Shown one piece after another: positions 23,587-32,000 of a DNA stretch of 32,000 nucleotides (position 1 is its first letter; each line of letters begins with the position of its first letter). Source of the DNA: Thermofilum pendens Hrk 5 (GTDB lineage: Archaea; Thermoproteota; Thermoprotei; Thermofilales; Thermofilaceae); contig NC_008698.1 in NCBI RefSeq assembly GCF_000015225.1, positions 480,001-512,000 of the forward strand. Reading direction: 5' to 3'. The position numbers and the translations under genes were made by a program. The notes beneath the pieces are model-generated. The model made no database searches. It worked only from the letters and a program-made list of their open reading frames with translations, and had not been told where the DNA came from.

Positions 23587-24593
23587 AAGAAGTGCGCATA
23601 CTCGCTACCACCGTGCAGGGACTTGAGTGGTTTGTCTGCGAGGAGCTCCGCGAGATATGCGGAGAAGTAAGGGTTTTCTCGGCGCGCGAAGGGTCGGGGA
23701 GAGTTATCGCCGAGATAGACGAACGGTGTTTAGCGATTCTCATGGAGAAGGCGCGGTCGGTCGAGAAAGTGTACTTGTTCTTTGGCGAAGCGGCATCGAT
23801 AGAGGAGGCGGGAATCGACCTTTCGGAGAAGCTGAGAGAATTCTCAGGTTTCTTCAGGTTCTTCTCTGTTCACGCCGAGAGGATAACTAAGGATATCGAT
23901 CTAACGTCCCTAGAGATAGCCGCTAAGATAGGGGAAATGGTAAAGACGAGGCTGAATCTCGACGTCTCGCTGGACTTTCCAGACATACCCGTGTACGTTG
24001 AGTACGAGAAGGGGGTTTACAGGTACGGTGTAGACCTTTGCTTCCACCGTAGCCTTAGAGACAGACCCTACAGGAGATTCATCCATAGATCCGCGCTCAA
24101 CCCCCTGATTGCCTATGCCCTCTGCCGCGCGGTGCGCGGTGGGAAATCCTTATGGGATCCCTTCTGCGGTAGCGGAACCATACCGCTGGAGTGCCTAGAA
24201 GTCTACCCCTGGGCACGCGCTGTATGTAGCGATGTAAACGCGGAGTTTATTGCTGGAGCATTGCAAAACTCTCTCGCGGTGGGCAAGGAGCTAGATCTTG
24301 TGGTTTCTGATATCAGGAGTGCTCCCTTAAGGTCAGGCTCCATCGATGCTGTCGTGACGAACCCACCGTTCGGGATAAGGGAGAAGGCTGTGGGAGGGCT
24401 CCGGAAGGTTTACGAGGCTCTCTTCACCGAGGCTTCCCGCGTCCTCGTCCAAGGGGGGAGGCTTGCCGTACTTACGCCCCACAGAAAGCTCGTCGAGAGC
24501 CTTGCACAGAAACACTCGTTCTTGAAAGTAGGAGAGTGGAGGCTGAACGAGGGAGGATTACTGAGTTACATGCTACTCTACTCGAGAGAGTAG
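23583..24593 (+). CDS. THUMP-domain RNA (guanine-N2) methyltransferase, Trm11/Trm14-like
   Basis: 336 aa with an N-terminal THUMP-like region, SAM motif I DPFCGSGTIPLE and catalytic VVTNPPFG. Confidence 0.8.
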   Translation: MKEVRILATTVQGLEWFVCEELREICGEVRVFSAREGSGRVIAEIDERCLAILMEKARSVEKVYLFFGEAASIEEAGIDLSEKLREFSGFFRFFSVHAERITKDIDLTSLEIAAKIGEMVKTRLNLDVSLDFPDIPVYVEYEKGVYRYGVDLCFHRSLRDRPYRRFIHRSALNPLIAYALCRAVRGGKSLWDPFCGSGTIPLECLEVYPWARAVCSDVNAEFIAGALQNSLAVGKELDLVVSDIRSAPLRSGSIDAVVTNPPFGIREKAVGGLRKVYEALFTEASRVLVQGGRLAVLTPHRKLVESLAQKHSFLKVGEWRLNEGGLLSYMLLYSRE

Positions 24594-25636
24594 TAGAGCT
24601 CGGCCAGAGCTCCTCCAAATGGTTTTAGCTTGCGGCCTGCCTCGCTTTCCTCGGGTACTATGAATATCTTGCCGTTCCGGGAAAAAACTTCGCCTAAGAC
24701 TTTGAGTACTCTCTCCCTAGACTCCTCGCCGAATAACAACGCATCCGACACTATGAGCGTCTTGACGATCCCCCACTCGGCTACTTTCTCGACATTTTCA
24801 AGCCCAGCGACCGCCTTGCCCTTACCGCTGAAAAGCTCCTGGAGCACTCTCTCTACCTCTGCGAGCTCGAGGGGTAAGCGGACGGAGCTCAGGAGCTCCC
24901 TTGATTGACCGCCCCTGAGCAGCTCGTAGATCCCCGCTTCCCCACCTTCTGATACCTTGACGACCCTAGCCTTAACGCCGAGCTCCCCTAATACTCTTGA
25001 AACCACTTCCGCAAGTCTCTCGTTAACCGCGACCACCACCTCGTCTACATGTTCAGCTCTCCCGCTCTCGAAAATTCTCTGCACTATAGACGCTATTGGT
25101 TCTCTATACCGCTCGTCGAGGCTGCTTTCCTTCCCTCTGCCTACAGGCGAATAGCCAACCACGGCTCTTACCTCGACGCCTACGGGAGAAAGGTAGCCGA
25201 CCGCCACCTCCTCGTCACCGACGCTGATCAGAAGAACTCTTCTTATCTTCGACGCAGCCTTTTCAAGGATGTTTCTCGTAAATCCGTCTATCCCGCTCTT
25301 CTTCACGATCTTAACGCGGTCTCCAACCCCCACCTGTATCGTGTGAAACGATCCCTTCGCGTAAACCTCCTCGGGCGCCTCGACAACCCTTCCCGTGAAC
25401 CTCAGCTTCTCGGAGAACTTGGCGTAGGAGACCTTCTCCACCTCTACTCCGAGGTAGACTGGAATCCTCTCGCCGCGCTCCTCGCCCGTGGCCCGCTCGA
25501 TCCTCAACTGGCGCGTAGTCCAACCATAGACTACGTCACCTTTACGTACGAGTAGAAACAGGTAGTAGAGATCCTCTAATACCTCGACCACGAGTTCGAC
25601 CTCGCCTCTCTCTTGGTTCAACCCCAGTACCCTCAA
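24578..25636 (-). CDS. pelA: Pelota (Dom34) mRNA surveillance / ribosome rescue factor
   Basis: RVLGLNQERGEVELVVEVLEDLYYLFLLVRKGDVV... is a typical Pelota N-terminus. I prefer TTG 25636 (352 aa), which overlaps the nep1 stop, over the ORF-track ATG 25699, which adds 21 non-conserved residues. Confidence 0.9.
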   Translation of the reverse strand: MRVLGLNQERGEVELVVEVLEDLYYLFLLVRKGDVVYGWTTRQLRIERATGEERGERIPVYLGVEVEKVSYAKFSEKLRFTGRVVEAPEEVYAKGSFHTIQVGVGDRVKIVKKSGIDGFTRNILEKAASKIRRVLLISVGDEEVAVGYLSPVGVEVRAVVGYSPVGRGKESSLDERYREPIASIVQRIFESGRAEHVDEVVVAVNERLAEVVSRVLGELGVKARVVKVSEGGEAGIYELLRGGQSRELLSSVRLPLELAEVERVLQELFSGKGKAVAGLENVEKVAEWGIVKTLIVSDALLFGEESRERVLKVLGEVFSRNGKIFIVPEESEAGRKLKPFGGALAELYYSLE

Positions 25637-26331
25637 TGCGAGGCACCCCACACCGATACGTGTTCTAGCGAGACTACAACCTCCGCGACCACCGTCCACG
25701 CGGGGAGGGCTTCGCGGAATATGGAGTACTCCTCTGCTTCGATGCTGAGCACTTCCTTGCTGAACTCCCCCCTCTGGAATGCTCCTATTATCACGGCCGG
25801 CACGTCTGAGCCGGCAATCCTCCTAGCGAGGTCTAAGGGCTTTACGGGCTCGCCTTTCTCGCTAAGCCTGTACACGGCGTCCACACCCATCTCTTTCAAA
25901 ACTTCGCCGAGGTTTCTCCCCGTGCGTAGCTTCGCGAGAGGCTTCTCGGAGCCCGGCGGTACCTGTCCCTTCTCTAGTAGTTGTTCGAAAAGCCCCACGA
26001 ACCTGTTGTAGTTCCTCGGAACCACCATGCTGGGGTCCAGTTCGACGAGCTTACCGTCGTACGTGTGTATAACGGTATGCAGGTAGCCTAGCCTGTTGAG
26101 CACGGAGTCCTGGGCCACCAGGAGGGAAACGTGCACTATGTCCGGTCGACCCCTCTTCCAGTACTCGTTAAGCGTCTTCATCGCCGCGTAGTGCACCGAG
26201 ATGTCCAGCAGCATCCTTCCTGGGTTTTTGCCGCGCCGCTTCGCATGGCTCTTCACGGCTGGGTGGCTCCAGAGCTCCCTCGGTACCAGCTCTAGCCCGG
26301 CGTCCGCCAATACTAGGACCAACTTCTTCAT
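25633..26331 (-). CDS. nep1: Ribosomal RNA small subunit methyltransferase Nep1 (Emg1/Mra1, SPOUT)
   Basis: LVLVLADAGLELVP...RGKNPGRMLLDISVHYAAM...RGRPDIVHVSLL: Nep1 signatures. Length is 232 aa. Confidence 0.9.
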   Translation of the reverse strand: MKKLVLVLADAGLELVPRELWSHPAVKSHAKRRGKNPGRMLLDISVHYAAMKTLNEYWKRGRPDIVHVSLLVAQDSVLNRLGYLHTVIHTYDGKLVELDPSMVVPRNYNRFVGLFEQLLEKGQVPPGSEKPLAKLRTGRNLGEVLKEMGVDAVYRLSEKGEPVKPLDLARRIAGSDVPAVIIGAFQRGEFSKEVLSIEAEEYSIFREALPAWTVVAEVVVSLEHVSVWGASH

Positions 26332-26393
26332 CTTGTACTCAGCGCGCGAACGGGAATAAAAAAGTGAGGTTTTTTACGCCAGCCCGGGCTAGG

Positions 26394-26618
26394 CTATTCT
26401 CTCAGCTTTTCAAGCGCCCTTACCGTCGCCAGGGCTACCTCGTCCTCGGGGTAGAAGACCTTGACCTCGTCCACGCGGAAGCGCTCCACGAAGGCCCAGA
26501 CGAATGCCGCGATGAGCTTCCCCAGGAACTCGGCGTCGCTGCTCGCCTCAAGCCTCGCCACACCCCTGGCTTTGAAGGTCGCGGTTGCGCGCCCGCAGAG
26601 GGCGCCCCTTTCCACCAT
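26394..26618 (-). CDS. Small cassette protein, copy C (divergent; start uncertain)
   Basis: It occupies the same divergent position as 4665-4895, with weak collinear similarity (ARLEASSDAEFLGK vs ARLVEALDAVEEFLAS; PEDE...LEKLRE vs EEDE...IEGLRG) and a similar 3' flank (GGCTGGCGTAAAAAAC vs GGCTGGCATAAAAAC). The ATG at 26618 lies inside the large gene's leader, so the true start may be internal (for example the GTG of VARLE). Confidence 0.35.
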   Translation of the reverse strand: MVERGALCGRATATFKARGVARLEASSDAEFLGKLIAAFVWAFVERFRVDEVKVFYPEDEVALATVRALEKLRE

Positions 26619-26635
26619 TTAAGGAGGGGTTAAGT
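26585..26635 (+). promoter_or_regulatory. Conserved cassette leader, copy C (proximal part only)
   Basis: Palindrome GCGCCC-GCAGA-GGGCGC at 26589-26605, then CCACCATTTAAGGAGGGG and ATG 26636. The distal leader seen in copies A and B is absent. Confidence 0.7.
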
Positions 26636-28054
26636 ATGGGTAGGGAAATGATGGGGTATGGGACTGTGGCAGGAGGGGTCGAAGAGTTCGACGAGGAGTT
26701 CGTCCGCGGGAAGCTTAAAGAGCTTCTAGAGAAAGCGTTGTTTCCGCGCGGCAACTATAGGGGGCTCAAAGCTACTCACGAGCAGGTTGCGCGGGAGCTA
26801 GCAGAAATAAAGGCCAACTATGCGCAATACGGCGAGGCCTACGTTGAATACGTTGGCAGGCTCGGGGAAGGCGAGGAGAAGGCGTTCAGAGAGGCGGAGA
26901 AAGCGATGAGGGAAGCCCTGAAGCGTGTAGACGAACTCAAGATCAAGAGAACAGGGAAGACACGGTGGAAGGCGAAGCTCTCCGGTGCGAAGTGGAGGCT
27001 CTACGTGCACTTGAAGCAAAGCGGATACTGGAGTGTTGAGGTTCGCTTGTACATCAGGGTCGCTAAGCTAAGGCTTCCCGATACCCTGAGGATTCCACCC
27101 GAGCTACTCAGAGTAGCGCAGGAGGGTTGGGTCCTGGGCGATGCTAGCTACGACGCAGACCGCGGAGAAGTTAAGATGAGTACTTCGCAGAGCTGGCAGG
27201 TTGCCTCCTTCCCTGGTTTCTGGCCGGAAAAGGATGTAACCATCTGCGTTAAAAGCGTAGTGATCAACGAGACAAGAGTCAGCGTTACGTGGTACGTGGT
27301 TGTTAAGGGTGTTCGCGATGCGCCTCGCTTGTGGAGCCTCCCCAAAGTGGTGAAACAGAGGATCATCTTGAAGGAGATAGGAGGGGCGAACGAAGGAAAA
27401 GTCGACATCGTCAGGGCGCTAAAGCTTGCACTGCTATACGCCGCTGATGGGGAGTATCCAGGGCCAAACTCGGCTAAACACGTACTGGAATTCGCAGTCG
27501 GCCGAAGATCTCGCCAAGTTAGAACTGGGGGCTCGGTCAGGATTGCGAGGCTTCTATACAAGGAGGTACCGCAACTCTTAGCATACATGGTTGCGTCGGG
27601 CTGCAAGAAAGCAGAGTTCTTAGCTAGCCTGGCATTCGTGGAGCCCCGCCCGTACCGCCTCTCGCTGCGGTACTTGGAAGTCGCCGGCGTACGGATGAAC
27701 CTGCAACTCGTAGGCAATAAGAACTACTACACTCTTGCGGCGCGAGTGTATATAACCGAGGATAACGAGGAGATGCTTCGCGATTTCCCTGAGAGAGCGA
27801 GGAAAGAGGGTCTTGTAGTTAAAAAGATGAAGATAGCCAAGAAATACTACTGCTACTACGCCGGTATGCGGGAGCTGACGGGGTACTGCGATAAACACCC
27901 GGAGGCCTACAACACCCTGATCGACTTTGTTCAAGAAGAGCTTGAAACAATGCCTCTAGACCACCCTGCCCGCCGAAGCGTAGAGCGTCTCTTGGAACGC
28001 CTAAGGAAGGCGCGAGAAAGAGCGCTTAAAAAGCTGGGGGCAAGGCAGGAATAG
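26636..28054 (+). CDS. Large cassette protein, copy C (472 aa from ATG 26636); function unknown
   Basis: Paralogue of 19337-20755. The ORF-track TTG at 26585 would translate the conserved leader, so ATG 26636 is preferred by alignment with copies A and B. Confidence 0.85.
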   Translation: MGREMMGYGTVAGGVEEFDEEFVRGKLKELLEKALFPRGNYRGLKATHEQVARELAEIKANYAQYGEAYVEYVGRLGEGEEKAFREAEKAMREALKRVDELKIKRTGKTRWKAKLSGAKWRLYVHLKQSGYWSVEVRLYIRVAKLRLPDTLRIPPELLRVAQEGWVLGDASYDADRGEVKMSTSQSWQVASFPGFWPEKDVTICVKSVVINETRVSVTWYVVVKGVRDAPRLWSLPKVVKQRIILKEIGGANEGKVDIVRALKLALLYAADGEYPGPNSAKHVLEFAVGRRSRQVRTGGSVRIARLLYKEVPQLLAYMVASGCKKAEFLASLAFVEPRPYRLSLRYLEVAGVRMNLQLVGNKNYYTLAARVYITEDNEEMLRDFPERARKEGLVVKKMKIAKKYYCYYAGMRELTGYCDKHPEAYNTLIDFVQEELETMPLDHPARRSVERLLERLRKARERALKKLGARQE

Positions 28055-28059
28055 GGTAA

Positions 28060-28089
28060 ACCACCAGGGAAAGGCGCCCGGCCCCCTCC
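28060..28089 (+). repeat. Cassette 3' trailer element, copy C (ACCACCAGGGAAAGGCGCCCGGCCCCCTCC)
   Basis: Starts 5 nt after the stop codon and matches copies A and B. Confidence 0.8.
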
Positions 28090-28159
28090 TCATGCGCGAT
28101 GCGCGCACAATCGCGAATAATCAAAGATTTATTCATGGCGGCGTGTCTAGCTATCTGGG

Positions 28160-28531
28160 ATGAAGAGGGACGAGCGCGAAATCAGGGATCTTGCAAGGCA
28201 AAGGATTAAGAGGCTCCTGGAGTTCGCCGCGAAGGTATATCGCGTAGAGCCGCGCCTCGCCGACAGGTACGGCGAGCTGTCCCTGCTGATAGCTAAGAAG
28301 GCGCGGCTCCACTACCCGGACTTCCTCAAGGCTAGAGTGTGCAGGAAGTGCGGAGCCTTCCTAGTCGTGGGTTTCTCCGCAAGAGTAAGAGTGAAAAACA
28401 GGGGCAAGATGAAGTACATCGCGGTTACCTGTCTCAGGTGCGGCTACACGAGGCGGTATCCCTTGAAGAGGAGCGCCGTGCCGCCGAAGCCCTGGTACGT
28501 GCTTTACGGAGAGGTGGCCGGGCATGATTAG
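28160..28531 (+). CDS. rnp4: RNase P protein component 4 (Rpp21/Rpr2)
   Basis: RIKRLLEFAAKVY...ADRYGELSLLIAKKARL, then zinc ribbon CRKCGAFL...CLRCGYTRRYP. A TATA-like AAAGATTTATT lies about 30 nt upstream. Confidence 0.9.
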   Translation: MKRDEREIRDLARQRIKRLLEFAAKVYRVEPRLADRYGELSLLIAKKARLHYPDFLKARVCRKCGAFLVVGFSARVRVKNRGKMKYIAVTCLRCGYTRRYPLKRSAVPPKPWYVLYGEVAGHD

Positions 28532-29999
28532 AGTTAGGGGGATTCACAGCACGGCGATAGCGGGGCTCTTGGACGAGGCTGGTTTCCGCTTCGCGGACCT
28601 CAGCCAGGAGCTCCTGGCGCGTATCCCCCAGCTGAGGGTGGAGGAACGCGTTCTCGTCACCGTTAAGGACACAGATGACAGGAGCGGCGTAGTAGTACTG
28701 GGCGACCGCGCTGTTGTCGAAAAAGTGGCATACCTCCTCCGCGCGGTCATCCCGGGAGCTCTAGTTAGCTACGTGGGCGAAGGTCCCTATACGACGTACG
28801 CGGTGAGGCTTCTCTCGAGGGTGGAGGGCGACGTCTACGAGGCGGAGTATTCGCCCGGGAAACGCACGACGGTCAAGCTTCGTCGCCCTCACGTAGAAGG
28901 CGAGGTGATAATGGCCCACGTGATCAGGGCCTCCCCGGAGGCCCCCTTGCTAAAGGAGGGGGTGGCGATTACGGGGAGCCTCGTGAGGCTGGTACAGTTC
29001 GACAGGCACAGTGTAAGCGAGCACATCAGGGACGAGAACCTTAGACTGCAGCTGTTAACGCTCGCTATGACGAGCGCGCCGACGGGGTGGGGTGTTCACT
29101 TCAGGAGTGCGTCGAAGAGGGCGAGCATAGTCGACGTAATGGCGGAGATTAAGGCTCTAAGCGAGAAGGCCGAGAAAATCCTTAAGGAAGTCGCGCCGAA
29201 AGAGCCCGGCGTAGTTGTTCCCGGTGAGGCGATAGCGATAGTAGAGATCCCGGCGGACGCGTCGATACGGATGGATGCGCTTCGATCGCGCTACTACCCG
29301 ACGCTACCGCTCCACCACCTTCTTAAGCGGCTGGGAGACGACGAGCTCAGCAGGGCTGTAGATTTCTCGGAGAGGCTCCTCGCAGGTTGCGAGAAGTGCC
29401 TATCGAGTACGGGGGCAATAGAGGTTTTCCTGGAGAGGCTCTCCTCGCTTAAAGGGCGCCAGGTAAGCGTGTTGCACAGGAAGGTCGCGGGCGCAGGCCA
29501 CGTTTGGAGCGCTGAAGTGGAAAGCGTGAAAAGAATGACTGTCGTTTTGAAGCGTGTAGTATCGTCGCCAGGTCTATACGACGGCTTCGAAGGCTTAAAG
29601 CGAGAACCTGGAGATGTTATCCGCTCATATACCTGGCTTTTCGGGAGGGCGGTCGTCCACTTTTACACTTCGGCCCGGGGAGAATTGAAGGGGGTATACG
29701 TTAACATAAATGCTCCGGTATTCTTCGCCGGCAACGCTAACACCCTTGGCTACGTAGACCTAGGGGTAGACGTTACCCGTGCAGCAGATGAAGAGCCGAA
29801 AGTAGTGGATCTCGCCGAGTTCCTAGACCTCGTGGAAAGAGGGGTTCTAGACAAACAGCTAGCAGGTAGCTACCTAGAGTTCGCGGAGTCCGTGAAGCAT
29901 CTCTTGGAAAAGGATATTGGGGAAGATCTCCCGGCTAGGATTATGCAGGCACAAAAAAGCATATTTTCATTTGAAACGGACAAGCTATTAGCAGTGTGA
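28524..29999 (+). CDS. fau-1: FAU-1-like RNA-binding protein / probable ribonuclease (RNase E/G-like N-domain plus a DUF402-like C-domain)
   Basis: MIRVRGIHSTAIAGLLDEAGFRF... resembles the Pyrococcus FAU-1 N-terminus as I recall it. The C-terminal YVNINAP...YVDLGVDV is DUF402-like. It overlaps rnp4 by 8 nt. Confidence 0.7.
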   Translation: MIRVRGIHSTAIAGLLDEAGFRFADLSQELLARIPQLRVEERVLVTVKDTDDRSGVVVLGDRAVVEKVAYLLRAVIPGALVSYVGEGPYTTYAVRLLSRVEGDVYEAEYSPGKRTTVKLRRPHVEGEVIMAHVIRASPEAPLLKEGVAITGSLVRLVQFDRHSVSEHIRDENLRLQLLTLAMTSAPTGWGVHFRSASKRASIVDVMAEIKALSEKAEKILKEVAPKEPGVVVPGEAIAIVEIPADASIRMDALRSRYYPTLPLHHLLKRLGDDELSRAVDFSERLLAGCEKCLSSTGAIEVFLERLSSLKGRQVSVLHRKVAGAGHVWSAEVESVKRMTVVLKRVVSSPGLYDGFEGLKREPGDVIRSYTWLFGRAVVHFYTSARGELKGVYVNINAPVFFAGNANTLGYVDLGVDVTRAADEEPKVVDLAEFLDLVERGVLDKQLAGSYLEFAESVKHLLEKDIGEDLPARIMQAQKSIFSFETDKLLAV

Positions 30000-30000
30000 G

Positions 30001-30513
30001 GTGGTGCGTTTGGACGTTCTATGGGCGCCTTGGCGAATGGCCTACATCGAGTATGCGAAGATAGAGCGGGGAGAGGGGTGCTTCATATGCAAGGCTGTTG
30101 AAAGCTCCGAACTCGAAGAGAACCTGGTGGTCTACAAGGGAGAGAAGATCATCGTGATGCTAAACCGCTACCCCTACAACACGGGGCACCTCTTAGTCGC
30201 TCCTACGAGGCACGTAGCAGATTTCTCGCAGTTGTCGGACGAGGAACTGTTCTCGCTCGCGAAAGCGGTCTCCCTATCGCTGGAGCTTCTGAAGAAGGCT
30301 CTCTCCCCCGATGGCTTCAACGTGGGAGTAAACCTCGGCCGGGTCGCGGGAGCAGGACTAGAGTCGCACCTACACGTTCACGTAGTCCCGAGGTGGAACG
30401 GAGACACGAACTTTATGCCGGTAATTGCCGATGCGAAGGTCATACCGGAGGCTTTGAAGGACACGCGGCGAAAGTTGCTGAAGCACGTCGACGTCTTCGA
30501 AGGCTTACGCTAG
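30001..30513 (+). CDS. HIT-family nucleotide hydrolase/transferase (Ap4A phosphorylase-like)
   Basis: NRYPYNTGHLLVAP and the histidine triad HLHVHVVPRW. GTG start lies 1 nt after the fau-1 stop. Confidence 0.85.
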   Translation: MVRLDVLWAPWRMAYIEYAKIERGEGCFICKAVESSELEENLVVYKGEKIIVMLNRYPYNTGHLLVAPTRHVADFSQLSDEELFSLAKAVSLSLELLKKALSPDGFNVGVNLGRVAGAGLESHLHVHVVPRWNGDTNFMPVIADAKVIPEALKDTRRKLLKHVDVFEGLR

Positions 30514-30533
30514 GTTGTGCAAACCGGCGCGCG

Positions 30534-31805
30534 CTACTTCACGAATCCGTAGCCTATGAGCCTCCACTTGCCGGCTAGTTGCCTCGAAATCGCTACGCGT
30601 GTGCCAGTCTCTGCGACCACGGGGATTTTTAGCTTCATGTGTGCTACGTTGTCCCTGACGCTTGTAACTGCACCTATGGAGAGCGCTGTCCCCACGTTAA
30701 CCATGAGTATCTCGCCGGCTCTCACGGGTTCTACTTTCATCGGCTTGTCTAGACCTACAACCCTTTCGAGAAGGTTTACTTCGATTTCAAGGTCGTAGAG
30801 TGTCGGCGGAAGTGTGCCGGGATACCCTACCACGTTGCCTATCAGGTTGTCCGCCTTAGTTACGCTGGGGTCGAGAGTTGTACCGACGGCTACGAGTCCG
30901 CCGGGGTATGCTTTCTCGAGCGGCTGGTCGCCTGTCTTAAGGGAGGTTATGGTCGTGTATACCGGTTCGTAGACTTCCTGTCCGTCCTTCTTGATTTTAA
31001 TGCCGGGTCTTATCTCGATCTCGTGCCCCACTTCAAACCTTCCCTGAACGATAGTTCCGCCCAGCACTCCTCCCACGAGGTCTTTTGCGTTAGTTCCAGG
31101 CTTGTTAACATCGAAGGATCGTATCACGAACATCCTAGGGGGTTTAGAGAAGTCTCTCCTAGGCGTCGGTATGTACTCTTCGATAGCCCACACGAGGGCG
31201 TCTATGTTCGCCTTGTGTAGCGCGGATACGGGGACTATAGGCGCGTTCTCCGCCCAGGTACCCGCTATGAACTTCTTTATCTCGTTGTAGCTTTCCAAGG
31301 CTCTCTCCTTGGACACAACGTCTACCTTGTTCTGCACTATGACCAAGTTTCTGACGCCTATGATCGAGAGGGCGGTGAAGTGTTCCCTCGTCTGGGGCTG
31401 GGGGCACTCCTTGGTGGCATCCACGACGAGCAACGCTCCATCCATCAGCGCCGCCCCAGCGAGCATTATGGACATCAACATCTCGTGTCCAGGGACGTCT
31501 ATGAAGGAGACTTTCCTCACGAATTCTAGCGGAGACCCGCAGTACTTGCATTTACCGTCTTTCGGCATGGTAGCGCTAGTGTAGTAGGCTTGCGGCGGCG
31601 GGCACTTGGGACACTTATAGATAGCTGTATCGGCGTAGCCGATCTTCAGCGTGATACCCCTCTTCAACTCCTCGGAGTGCCGCGACGCCCAAACCCCCGT
31701 TAAGGCTTCGATAAGCGTGGTCTTCCCGTGGTCCACGTGACCACTAGTACCTATGTTCACAAGGGGTTGCTTCTTGAGAGCTTCTTGGAACTCGTCCTCG
31801 CTCAT
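30534..31805 (-). CDS. eif2g: Translation initiation factor aIF2 gamma subunit
   Basis: NIGTSGHVDHGKTTL (G1), the zinc knuckle CPKCPPP...CKYCG, DVPGHE and NKVD. I prefer ATG 31805 (preceded by GAGGTAAT and a TATA-like TTATAGAG near 31848-31855) over the ORF-track GTG 31838. Confidence 0.93.
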   Translation of the reverse strand: MSEDEFQEALKKQPLVNIGTSGHVDHGKTTLIEALTGVWASRHSEELKRGITLKIGYADTAIYKCPKCPPPQAYYTSATMPKDGKCKYCGSPLEFVRKVSFIDVPGHEMLMSIMLAGAALMDGALLVVDATKECPQPQTREHFTALSIIGVRNLVIVQNKVDVVSKERALESYNEIKKFIAGTWAENAPIVPVSALHKANIDALVWAIEEYIPTPRRDFSKPPRMFVIRSFDVNKPGTNAKDLVGGVLGGTIVQGRFEVGHEIEIRPGIKIKKDGQEVYEPVYTTITSLKTGDQPLEKAYPGGLVAVGTTLDPSVTKADNLIGNVVGYPGTLPPTLYDLEIEVNLLERVVGLDKPMKVEPVRAGEILMVNVGTALSIGAVTSVRDNVAHMKLKIPVVAETGTRVAISRQLAGKWRLIGYGFVK

Positions 31806-32000
31806 ATTACCTCGCGCGCGTTTTTCGTCTACGGACACGTGTACTCTATAAGTTGTGTCGATAAAAGCCTTTGCACCACGCGCGCGTCAAGTATCAGGAG
31901 GAGGTTCCTCAGCATTTTAGCGCGCGAGGAAATGCTTAAAGCGTGCTTAGAAGTCGATGCTTGGAGGTCGATGAGTAGCTTGTACAATCCTCACGAGTTC

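Noticed and set aside
26585-26635. The ORF-track N-terminal extensions of the large cassette genes (TTG 26585, GTG 19328).
   Set aside because: The extensions would translate the conserved non-coding leader. All three copies align on an ATG directly after AAGGAGGGG(TGG)TA(G)(G)T.
18781-28090. The direct repeats (cassettes B and C) might bracket a 9-kb integrated element or genomic island.
   Set aside because: The interior carries core single-copy housekeeping genes (pelota, nep1, THUMP tRNA methyltransferase). There is no integrase, the tRNA is not at a boundary, and I could identify no target-site duplication.
31971-32000. An ATG at 31971 preceded by GGAGGT could be the start of a plus-strand gene running off the window.
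   Set aside because: Only 10 codons are visible (MSSLYNPHEF), which is too little to support a call.

Overview
The window looks like chromosomal DNA from a hyperthermophilic crenarchaeon of the Thermoproteales/Thermofilales type. Supporting evidence is a crenactin 'arcade' cluster, Alba, a tRNA with two non-canonical introns, r-proteins L10e/S26e, aIF2-gamma, and moderately high GC by eye. Most of the window is tightly packed housekeeping genes: a 2-oxoacid:ferredoxin oxidoreductase operon, a class-III aminotransferase, Pelota, Nep1, TrmY, TrmJ-like and THUMP methyltransferases, RNase P Rpp21, FAU-1, a HIT hydrolase and a PIN-ATPase-KH protein. Six things stand out. (1) An AT-rich 480-bp intergenic gap (7890-8368) holds three ORB-like Orc1/Cdc6 boxes in origin-like geometry, with no initiator gene in view. 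(2) A mosaic two-gene cassette is present three times (about 3017-4925 inverted, 18781-20788, 26350-28090). Each copy is a small helical ORF divergent from a 470-500 aa ORF of unknown function, with a conserved leader (palindrome GCGCCC-N5-GGGCGC plus CCACCATTTAAGGAGGGG) and a conserved 3' trailer (ACCA..AGGAAAGGCGCCCGGCCCCCTCC). The non-coding ends are better conserved than the large ORF, a solo trailer lies at 16397-16416, and the large ORFs carry two LAGLIDADG-like motifs (hypothesis only). (3) An arcadin-2-position protein carries a tandem, selection-maintained LPSFARDNPWL tail motif. (4) A 619-aa ArsR-wHTH protein has a C-terminus that looks like anaerobic RNR (NrdD) but lacks the radical glycine. 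(5) There is a CAT-anticodon tRNA with two non-canonical introns. (6) There is a weak C/D-box sRNA candidate. All functional calls rest on my reading of the translated ORFs and on remembered family signatures. No database search was run.
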